Below are positions 38,501 through 50,500 of a stretch of DNA of 64,000 nt, one piece after another. Origin of the DNA: Owenia fusiformis (lineage: Eukaryota); NCBI GenBank assembly GCA_903813345.2, contig CAIIXF020000001.1, positions 20,212,001 through 20,276,000 on the forward strand. Direction: 5' to 3'. The stretch's first letter is position 1. Each line of letters starts with the position of its first letter. The notes beneath the pieces are model-generated. The model did not search any database. It saw only the letters and a list, made by a program, of their open reading frames with translations, and was not told the DNA's origin. Both the position numbers and the translations under genes were made by a program.

Positions 38501-41500
38501 CAACGGTTATTCAATGCTTTAAAACGTTCATTTTGAAAATCAGAACTGGAGAAAAAAATTCAGAACTTTTAAAGCCTAATTGTTGGAGCATTTTGAAAAA
38601 TTTATAAATGAATAGGTGCCGACACTACTTACACTGATGAGTTGCTTGGTCTTCTTTTCCTGCTTTATCAAAAGTCTGAAATACATAGGAAACAAATGAA
38701 AAGTGCCATTAATCCGAACTAGTGCTCATATTTTATTTTATTGGGATCCACTGAAAGGTTGCATTTTTGATAAATTAATGTTTGATAATATTCACTCTAT
38801 GTAGCATTTGCATCTCTTGTTCTGAAACTCCATTAGAAAAGCTCACTTAAGAGTCAATACTGTGTATAAGATTATGATTATACTTACGTAATAATGAAGT
38901 AAATTCCCAGACATACAAGACCAAAGAAGAAAAAGCCAACTATGACTATCAAAGCTGTCATCCAAGGCTTCAATCCTGGACCTGTAACCCAATTTAATCT
39001 AATAAGATCTCATATGCATGAAAAACCATTTGTTGAATTTACTCTTTAAAAGATTTTGTATTATCTTGAATATGTACAGAGTACTCTTGTGTTATAGTTG
39101 ATGTTATTTTTCCATCATATGTACTGATTACAAATCTAGTTTATATCAATATAAATATTTCAAATAATGAGACTTCTCCTCCGATTATGTAAGGTATATA
39201 TGAAATTTACTTTGCGGACATCATGATGCCATAAATTGTCAAATCTGACAAAATTAAAAGTTTGAATTTACCTGCCCTAACAAGGGTTGTGATGGTTGGT
39301 GTATGGGGACCTTTCCCATGTTTAGTGACCGCCTCCAATGTGAGACTGTAAAAAGCCCCACCCTGCAGGCCTTCTATCTTGTGTTGTGTTGCAGAGCTGG
39401 CTACAGTGATGTTTACAGTTGTCTCTAATAGGGGGGTAAAATACAATATTCATATTCACTGGGAAACAAAATACGGATGTATCGGTCATTTGCCAATGAT
39501 TATCATATACATGTAAAGTAAAGATGAGCACGTGCAAATGAAAAAGTAATAGCATATTTTAATGGGATCAATTATAAGAACATTATAAATGAAGCAATTT
39601 AAATGATTAAATATGAAAGAATTAGCACCTACTTTCACAGTCTTGTTTTCTACAGTAGCGAATCATATAGTGCTGCACTATTCCATCATATTTATTGCAT
39701 GGATAGTGGCTCCAGTGCACTTGTAAACTCTCTGCCTGTTTGTTCTCCACAATAACATTGAGGGGATGTTCTCGTGGTGGAGCTATTCAATAAAATAAAC
39801 TTTCATTTCAATCAATCCAAGAAAAAGAAGGATGGTCAAATATTCTTCATAAAATTTTTAAACTCTGAGGATAGGTGAAAGGGGGTCATTTGAACATAAC
39901 TGTTTTTTGTGCATTCCATCATTGGTAGAGATGTTGAGGTTGTTTATTGTTTTAAAATAAAATAATGAAACATATGTCTCATCTTGAGTATGACTAAGGG
40001 GTTAATGTTCTTGCAGAAGCTAAGGCTTCATAAAGCAGTTTTCAGTCCACTGGATTCCATTATAAAGTAAAATATTACATGTAACCAGCCTTATGTTCAT
40101 CAGTATCATACAAGCATTCAGCCTACTGGATTCCATTATAAAGTAAAGTATTACATGTAACCAGCCTTACGTTCATCAATATCATATAAGCATTCAGCCC
40201 ACTGGATTCCATTATAAAGTAAAATACTACATGTAACCAGCCTTACGTTCATCAGTATCATACAAGCATTCACCCCACTGGATTCCATTATAAAGTTAAG
40301 TATTACATGTAACCAGCCTTACATTCATCAGTATCATACAAGCATTCACCCCACTGGATTCCATTATAAAGTTAAGTATTACATGTAACCAGCCTTACGT
40401 TCATCAGTATCATACAAGCATTTGGCCCACTGGATTCCACTGCTTGTTTCAGCAAATTCTGTAGACAGACCAAATAGGTAATTTCCAGGTTTACCAAGTT
40501 CAAGAAGGCTGAAGTTCTGGGTATCACCAGCAAGAGTTTGCCATTGCAAATCACCCTTAAACAAAGAGAGGAATTACATTATTTCTAATATTTGAAATAA
40601 TGGCCCCTTACTTTGTGATGAACACTACAGTAGTTGTGAAAAAAAATATTCACAAAAAATCTATTTATTGGCTCATTTTGTGCATGACTAGAGGCAATCT
40701 CGGTCTGTTACATGTCCAAACCCTCCAATATATGGGTTTCATTCAATTGTAGTTTTACAATGTAGTTTGAAAACATCATATTGGAATCTTTAAATAGAAA
40801 GAGGATGCATTAAAAGACAATTCATCAGTTTGTGTGAGCATTCATTATTAATGTTTGTAGATTACCTGACATTTGTCACCTGGAGCCCTGTGGCACCAGT
40901 AGGCTGTATGGTTATATGGACTATTGGACCACTCAAATATGACCAGACTCTGATCAGGATGCTGCTCTCTCCTTACCATCCATGTCATAGGATGTTGTAT
41001 ACCTGTTAATTAATCAGAGGAAGAATCAAACATTTGACTTGTACACCATGATTATGCAAAACTTATTAAAGTTTTCAAAATGATTATCACTTCACAATTC
41101 TCAATGGCACAACTTACGTTTATTTGCTTTGTGTACAACAATTCTTTGAATTGGTAATGAAGAATTAGTTCCCTTCTTTGTAGCACTTGTCACTTCAAAT
41201 GTCATCTGAATATCTTGTGTTTTCCGGAAAGTTCCTGAGGTAGAAGTTGAATAAAGAGGTATCTCATTGTTAGGACTGACCATTCTTGGGGTATAAGTTA
41301 CGACACCATTCCAAAGTCTTTTCATGATTTCTTGCCAGTATATTGTAACATATGACTGCTCTCCTTCTGTATATTCATAAAATGCTCCTGTTGTTAAAGT
41401 AGGAATTCCGCCTGGCACTGAAAAATATCAATATAAAGTCATCATAACTGGGTGCATTGTGGGTGCCACAGCCTCTACCATCGCTTGAAGAGAATAAACA

Positions 41501-44500
41501 TCCTTCAGAAGAATTATATGACAAGGATCCTTGATAAAATCATACTAACTGGGATGTTTTATCAGAAGAGTTTGTAAAGTTAATCATTTCCAAGTTTATT
41601 GTTTTTTGTCACCATCACAAGTGGTGACATATTGTTATGGTTAGTCCCATGGTAAGGCCCATAGCTCATAATAAGCTAAAGCCCAACATACACCAATGGG
41701 GCACGATGGGATCTCCATATGCTTAACATTGCATGGGACCTTGTGGGCTTAATGTCCCATCTTGCCCCATCACATCCCAACCGTTTCCGGTCAGTATGAC
41801 CTGTGATAACTTGAAGTTTCGAAGCACTCGATGTTATTCTGGATTTTAAACGACAAATCGATGGGATATTGTGTATTGAAGTTGGCGACAGAAACAGCAA
41901 GGTAATGCATATGATATATGAGAATCCGAGTGCTATATAATGTAAACTAAATAGTCAAAATTATTAGTATAAAGTAGAAAGCTACCGGTAAGATTTGGAT
42001 CAATTTTTTCATTCAATCCAGTAAGCATTTGTGATTTAACTGATACAGTTTTCAGACACTGCATGTACTCGGTTTTTCCCATATCATTATAACATTGGTA
42101 ATATAGCCTAGCTTTCAATAGTGTAACACGGTGTTTTTGTTAGCGTTCAAGGAGCTTAGCGGGCACCCAAAGGGGAGATTGAAAAGTGTATTTGTAAATA
42201 GTCTATTGTATTTGTGTAAATGTATTTTTAGAGCATTAATTTGTATTTTGTACGAGTTAGTGTGGGGGGGGGGAGTTATTGTTGATGAACGTAGTACCCT
42301 TTGGGAACCCGCGTAACCTGTACATAGGAGTTACCTAAATTTGGAGATCCTGAAAGCTGTTCGTTACTTCTTATTTTCGTGTGACTGTATTGTTTATAAA
42401 TGAATATCTTATTATATGAGGAACTCAACAAATTACTAATATCTAGGCACTGTTCCTCATATGTTTTAGGAATTTCTGCCTTTCCAGGCAAACCAGTATG
42501 TTGGCAAAATGCATATATGTACTTGTAATCAGACTGATGTATTGGTTTGTGTTTGATTGTGTTTGTGTTTGTTTTGCTTGCTCATCCAAGTCACATGTAT
42601 CTAATTGTACACGTACATGTAGCTCATACTTTTCAAATGAACTTATCAAGAGTCCCTATAGCCCTGCAAGATCAGGAATAGGGTAATATGCCCTGTTGTA
42701 CTGAATCATGGAGAAGAGCAGTTGGACTTTTTAATTGGCACCACATATTAAGCTTGGAAAACATATTGGAACCGGGCTCTCAATTGAAATGTGAATACTC
42801 TACTGAATTTTACCAGCTGGCTGTTATTTTAGTTGCATTTTTAACTCTCTTACTGATTGTAGGAGGGTTACATGTATCTAGTTGTAAATTGCAAATTCTG
42901 CCCTTTGTCTTGGTATTTGCATTTCACATAGTCTACATTTGCATTATTTTATATACCATGTTGTCTATAATAAGATATTTGGTGAGTCTCTATTCACATA
43001 CAATACCAATTATACTTAATATTTCATTACTAACTGTGGTCATTTCATGTATACCTGGATCTACATTACTTATACATAATCCAAGCCACATGTATTACTT
43101 ATTGCTCCTATTATGTGGGGATATTGAAAGTAATCCAGGCCCATCAGATGACTTAAAAATTTTGTTCAGCAACATTAACAGTGTGAAGGCAGACTCACTA
43201 AATCGCTTAAATTTCCTGAAAAATTATGCAGCAAAGGAGGAGTTTCATATTATAGCCCTATGCGAATCGGGTAATATCACACCTGAAGATCTAAAATCAA
43301 AGAATTTTGACATAAGTAACTATGGCGCACCAAAATTTTGCTCAAACTCTGGCAGAGGCTTGATTTTATGGTCCCATGATTCTGTTGAAGTAAAAATTTT
43401 GGATCAATTTAGATCAGCTGACCTGGTCAACTGCTGGATTGAAGTTAAACTAAACTTCAAAACATTTCTATATGGATTTTTTTACAGATCACCATCAATG
43501 AATGCTAATGATACCAGGCGGTACTTCTCTGATTTCAAAGATAATATATCTAATGTGGCAATACATCCGAATAATGGGATATTTATTAATGGGGATTTTA
43601 ACGCAAGAAATGATGTATGGTATGAACATGATCATAACAATTTAGCTGGAACTGAATTATTTAGTACATTAACTGAACTTGATCTTTTGCAACTCGTCTC
43701 TGAACCAACCAGAGTCAGGCAGAACTCAAAGACATGCATTGATTTACTCATAACCAATTCCGAACATGCGATTTCTCACAGAGTTGATCCCCCGATTGGA
43801 AACTCTGACCATTGTGCAATTGTGTCAACCATAAGATCGAGGATCCCAAGAGAGCCATCTATTAAAAAGACCATGTGGAACTTCAGTAATGCTGATCTAC
43901 AGCAACTTAATGCCAATATTACTAACTCTGATTGGAGTTTCATATTTGAAGACTCTGTCAATAGTGCAACCAATAGATTTATTGATAATTTTATGTCCAT
44001 AATCAAGACAAGTATTCCTTGCAAAATTTTTTCTACACGTTATGATGATCAACCATGGTTTAATAGCTCAATTAAAAAGGAAATCTATAAACGTAATAAA
44101 CTTCATCATAAATTCAAAGCAACAGATAACATAGAATTTTATGAAAAATATGTGACCCAAAATAGAAAAGTAAATCTATTGATTAGCGAGGCCAAAGCAA
44201 ACCACGAAATCAAACTCAGAGAAAAGATTGATAATGTTTCAAAAAACTCTACAGAATATTGGACTTTAATCAAAACTCTTTTGGGTAAAAATCATACAAG
44301 CTCATTTCCTGTTCTTATTGATCCTTTGACAAATATCTCAGCATGCAGCAGCTTTGAAAAGGCTGAAGCTTTTCTAAAATATTTTGCAAGTAAAAACTGT
44401 GTTGATATTAATAATACCAATGAACCACCACTTGAACTTAGAACAAATACAATATTGCCAGAAATCAGAACTTCTCCACAGGAGGTATTTGAGCTGTTCT

Positions 44501-47500
44501 CTAACCTAGATGTAAATAAATCCCATGGACCTGATGAGATAACCAACAAAATGATTAAACATAGCGCCTCTTCTCTTTGTCTTCCTGCCAGTCAATTGTT
44601 TAATAGAATTTTAGATGAGAATATTTTCCCAGACATCTGGAAAGAAGGCACTGTCATCCCAATATTTAAGAAAGGGGACAGAGGCACAATAAGTAATTAT
44701 AGACCAGTGACCCTCTTATGTACTTTTTCTAAAATATTGGAAAGGATCATCCATAAGAGATTACTTCTCCACTTGCTTGAAAATAATTTATTATACAAAC
44801 TCCAAAGTGGCTTTTTACCCAAACATAATACAGTGAACCAACTTATTCATATTGTTCATGACCTCCATACTAACATCGATAATGGTAAAAATGTGCGTTC
44901 CATATTTCTTGATCTCACGTCAGCGTTTGACTTAGTTCCACACCATCTTCTTTTAAAAAACACTAAAAGCCTATGGATGTAATGACAATTTTATCTCCTT
45001 AATGACATCTTATCTTTCAAATAGGAGAATACAAGTACGGGTAAACAATAGTTTATCCAAATGGTCAAAAGATCGGGAACAGCGTAATGCCAATTTTGAT
45101 CCTGGCCATAATGGTAGTCATAATTTTACCATAAATGCGGGTGTGCCGCAGGGGTCTGTTTTGGGACCCCTATTATTTCTAATTTATATTAACGACTTAC
45201 CCGACAATCTCAACTCAAAAACTTTTATTTTTGCTGACGACACTTCACTGTATGATGCGTATGATAAAAATGAAGTCTTTTTAAACATTAATCAGCCATT
45301 ACAAGATGACCTTGACACTTTACACCAATGGTCATTACTATGGAGAATGAAATTTAAAGCTCAAAAGAGTGCTGACATAACTTTCTCGGGACAACGCACC
45401 CAGAATATTAACCAATCTCCCCTAACTTTGGGAGGTGAAGAGATACCCATTTGCACAACGCATAAACATCTTGGACTAGTCCTGGATTGTAAACTTAATT
45501 TCAATGCCCATATAGATCAATTAATTGGTAAAATAACCTCCCTAATTAGACCCTTGAAAGCTCTCTGTAAAAATTTACCAGGTAAGCACCTTGAAAAAAT
45601 CTATAATGCCTATTTTTTACCACACTTTGACTATTGTGACATAATCTATAATAAAGCCTCCTTAGCAAAACTACAAGCTCTCGACAGACTGCATTACAAA
45701 GCAGCATGCCTGGTGTCTGGTGCTATCCATGGATCAAGTACAGACAAAGTTCTTTCCTCTATTAATTGGAAAACCCTCTCCTCGAGAAGAGATGAACATT
45801 TAAAAATTTTCTTATTCAAAGCTCGCTTCAACTGTTTCCCACCCTTTATTTGTGACCTAGTTCGTACATATGAAATCACTCATACCAGAGACCTCAGATT
45901 CCAGCATGACTATAGAATTCCGAATCATTTGAGTTCATCTTGTGGTAAATCCACTATTTTTAATTCCATGAAGGTTTGGAATAAACTGCCAGCAGCGATT
46001 AGAGTTGGTCAACCCATTTCAAGGTTTAAAAGGTCAGTGAGAGAGTACACGAGCCTTGTCTCTGTATCAACTACTAAAATGACTAGGTGCATGCCAAGGC
46101 AAATAGAAATCAAATTCAATAGACTAAGAGCTGGTCTACTTTTGAACAGTCACTTTTATTCTCATAATTTCCTGTCGGTAACAGATCCCAAATGTCAATG
46201 TGGTGAAAAATTTCAAACCACTGAACACTTTTTAATCAAGTGTCCACTGCTCCTTAATGAACGTGAAGTTCTTCTTGCAGGACTATCAGACTTGGACTGT
46301 TTACGAGATTTTGAAGCATACTCAATTCAAAGGAAAACACATTTTCTATTAAATGGAGATGAAAATTTGGACTTTGAAACAAATGAAAAACTGATTGAAA
46401 TCACTGCTCACTATACATTTCAAGCTATACTAAGTCTGGGACAGGGTAATTTTTAACATTTGAGCTTGATACCACAACTTGGTACTGGGGAACAAGCAAA
46501 CCAAACATCAACAAAAAAGAAAAAGCTTCTCTGAACATTTTGTGTATTTCTGAATATCAATTTTTATTTATCAAAATGTTTCAATTGCCGATAATGTTGT
46601 CCTGTCAACAATGGCAATTTGTAAAAATGTAACCGATTGATTTTTAGAAATAAATATGAAGTATGTAAAAAAAAAAAAAAAACATCCCATGAGGTCCCAC
46701 ATAGGCTCGGTGGGGCAAAATACCACTGAGTCCCATCAAGCCCATCGAGAATGAACATGTTCATTCTTTCCATGGGACATTGTGGAATTTTCGATCATAT
46801 GACGTGTTGTGTGAAGCCCAACATACACCAATGGGGCACGGTGGGATTTGATGGGGACACCATGGGGCATGATAGGACTCTATGGGGCAAAGTCATCAAG
46901 GTACCATGGGATTTTGTGGGATTAGATGGGACAAGATGGGACTCATTGGCTAAATGAGATTTTGCCCCATTGGTATAGATTGGCTTAAGGAGATTCTCAG
47001 TGCCATATCTATGTCAAAACTTAATTGTTAATTGTTATGCCATGACATTAACATGCAAGTGATTTATAATACAAATATGAAAATGGATGTGTTTTAAGCC
47101 TCATGGCACAATTCCTTAGGTAGCAAAATTCTCTTGGGGGCATCTCTAATTTCTGTAAAACCAAAGATCTGAGAATTTATTTTCTTGATATTGATTTCTC
47201 ACCATCCTCGGGTGTTTTTGTCATGACTTGAGATGAACTGCTGGGATAGCCCACTATGCTGTTGTTATAGATGGCTCTAACAATCACTTCTATTGTATAA
47301 TTTGTGAAGGGCACAAGACCTGTGATGTGAATGGCTTCTGCCTCTATTTGTAGTCTTAATGTCTGGAAGTAAATGAAATATATGGAGATGATTTAAAGTC
47401 CAGGTGTTTTTCTTTATATAGATGTCGCCTGTATTTTTGCATAATAAGGTATGGCTGGGGTTCACAAAAAGACAACAGCTCTCTAAACAAAATCTTATAA

Positions 47501-50500
47501 ATGAAAAATCCAATGCTTGGTCTATTATGTCTAATTTCAGTCATACATTTTAAGCAAACACTAACTTGAAAATCTTACATATTATTATGGTTACCTTATT
47601 TTTGTCCCATTTTGAAATGTAACTGATATCATAGACAACTTCTTTTCCAATTGGGGCAGTTCTCGTCCAGTTGACATAGATACATGTGCTGTTAATAGGT
47701 GTAGCCTTAGCAATCACAGGATCTGGCTCAACTAAAATTAATATACAGTATATATGTGCATGTACAGTGAATAGCAGCTTGAAATCTCCGGAAATTTTTA
47801 TCAAAGTATTTGATATTACATGTAATTGTTATCTAATTTTTTTTGTTTATGCCTGGTTTATATTGAACTTTTTTTAGCTCATGGGAATAAATTGCTACTC
47901 ACTGAATGTTTGTGGATTTCCTATGAATGTCTGCGAATTTCCTTCAATTTTCAGTTTATTTGCTATGCTTACTTCAAACTTGATATATGTTGCATTTTGT
48001 GGGGTTTTTACTTTGCAAGCTGCTCTGTCAGTGTGTGATGTGGACCATGGACAGGCTGCTTGTCTATTGCAATTTTCGCTGAAATTGTGTGCTCATTCAT
48101 TCATTTAAATCAACAATGTGTAGAATGTAAACAAATGCATACATAAAAATCATGCTTTGGATATCACTGCTTAGGTCAATATGATTTGCTATGTTTCATC
48201 AGTGCCATTTTCTAGTTTTGTTTCCAATGCAAAAAACTTACCATTGATATTCAAACTTTTGATGGAAAATAATGGTTTGAATATGCTCCAGAGTTGGCCC
48301 TGGTGATACTTAAGTCTTCGCTTCTGATGAGTGTAAAAATATTAATAAAAATAGGTACAATACCATCCATTTGATGCTGTATATATAAGGTGAGAATGGA
48401 GTATATATGGTTCATGATATTACTGAGTTTATTTGTGAGCATTCTAGCATTCTCACAGAAATTAATTTCTCTTATACAAGGTGACACCAAAAAAACAACT
48501 CACCACCATGTAACAAATGTAGTTACATTTGTATGCAGACTAATGGGAAAGCTCCCAGGTTGCCAGCTGAATTCTAACAAGCCATTCCAATTTCTCATTT
48601 TACACTCAATATTGTGTGGCTTTTCAGGTAAATCTGTGAAAGAAATGGAATATGTACATTAATATTAGGATTCCTTGCTCTGTGTTCGACCAGATACTTG
48701 TTCAATTGAGGGAGCGTTTGAATTATTTATGGTCTTGGTATCTGTAGTGTTTTATGAACATATGAAGAATGGTGATTGCTAAAAGTGGTATGTACTATAA
48801 TGTCTAAATTATAAAATGCTTACATCCTATAAGAGTCATTGTTTCTGCCAATATCTCATCCTCTTTAATGAGGCAGTTGTGAAAGCAATATCCTGTTGTG
48901 TTGAGTGTAGACAGGTGAAAGTGTGGCATATTAGGAACAGACAGGAAAGCTGTATGGTTATTGACCACTGTGACATATTCAGCTGGATATTCTATGGGGT
49001 TGCCATTATTGAAACTATTTGATAGATACTGAAATAAAAATGATGCCTTGCACAAATGCCAAGAATTATATAGAACACAGGCACTGGCACAAATAGTTGT
49101 CCAAAGAAAATCTTATTGTTGATTATTGAGATAAATATGGTTGCTCAGTATCAAAACTGAAAAGACTGTATGTGTGTCCTCTGGATAAGACCAAAAATAT
49201 ACTAGCAAGACTGAACTGAATTGAACACTAATATCATATTACCCTGGTTTAAAATTCATATTGAAAATCAAGCATGAAATAACCTATATTTATATAAAAC
49301 ATCTAAAATAATGTGGAAATAAAAAAACATAAACATTACATATATATAAAACAACATAAAAAAACTTATTAAAAAAATGTAACATTATTTAAAGAAAAAT
49401 TACTAGGACACCATTCACTGATGAATCAAAGTAGATCAATCAAAAAGCAATAAATTTACATGTACATTTTGAAATTGTCCTAATCCTCACCTCAAAAGTT
49501 ATATCATGTGCATTTTTGTTTCCCTGGTAACCATCTCCAATGATGCATGTTAGGTTCAAATTTCCCCCCACTGCAGCACAGGATTCACCTCCATCCATAT
49601 GCTTACATAATGGATCAGCAATGATTCCTATAATAGAAAGTATTCATTAAGATGATGGGTGATGTGGTGAGAGAAATGTTCTAAATGTTTATGAAGAGGG
49701 GGAGAAACCACAGGGTTCAAAGATGACGTACGTCTATAATGTAAATCTGTATTGATATGACCTATGGTCCTGATTGGTCCAAATAGACAAACAAAAATGG
49801 CGGATTCAAAATTTTCTAATAACGCTTTGAATAATATTATGTTAATTTCTGGGCGTGTTAAACAATATCATAGCCTGTTATTTCACATCATGATAAAGAA
49901 AGATGTAAGGAATATGTATACACCCTATGCAGACAGAGCCTGTGGGAAATATTGGGTGCGGCGCAAATGAGCAGAGGGTGCGGAGCTAACGGTCATTTTT
50001 GAATTTAAAATTGGGATATTTCTGAAACTAAGCCGTTTTGGGACTTCAAATATACCAAGATATGTGTATTTGACACCAAATATCAATACAATTGTGAAAA
50101 TAGTAGCGCAATTCATTCTATAGCGATGCAGTGTGCCTTAAACCTTTCCCAGACCTATATATTTTGAAACTATCCTTTTAATACTGCGTCCCCAGCATTC
50201 ATAAAAAATGGTGTTCAAGATACACTACCCATGCAAATTATTTTTGCATCTTGGAAGCCAGGCAGTATCTGTGTGATTTTATAAAAATTCGGAAATGTTC
50301 TTCAGATATGAGCCCCCTCTAAATATTGGGTGCGGAGGTACGTTTATGGAGCTGCTCCGCACCCAATATTTAGAGGGGGCTCATATCTGAAAAACATTTC
50401 CGAATTTTTATAAAATCACACGGATACTGCCTGGCTTCCAAGATGCAAAAATAATTTGTATAGATAGTGTACCTTGAACACCATTTGTCACCACCAAAAG

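Larger units (their letters stand above)
41680..46985. mobile_element. PIF/Harbinger-like MITE hosting LINE C
   Basis: Imperfect TIR AGCCCAACATACACCAATGGGGCA / TGCCCCATTGGTATAGATTGGCT flanked by TAA. Internal ATGGGAC/GTCCCAT repeats occur on both sides of LINE C. Confidence 0.5.

Noticed and set aside
35266-40438. 49-, 76- and 78-bp arrays as CRISPR
   Set aside because: Pure tandem repeats with no unique spacers, no cas genes, and a eukaryotic context.
13338-45879. Short antisense ORFs over LINE coding regions
   Set aside because: Shadow ORFs with no independent features.
48242-48490. Candidate receptor exon (ORF 48251-48490, GTAAG donor at 48241)
   Set aside because: No good acceptor gives an open phase 2-1 exon. 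Exon 47903-48078 fits both phase and domain pattern, so the gene is not a pseudogene.
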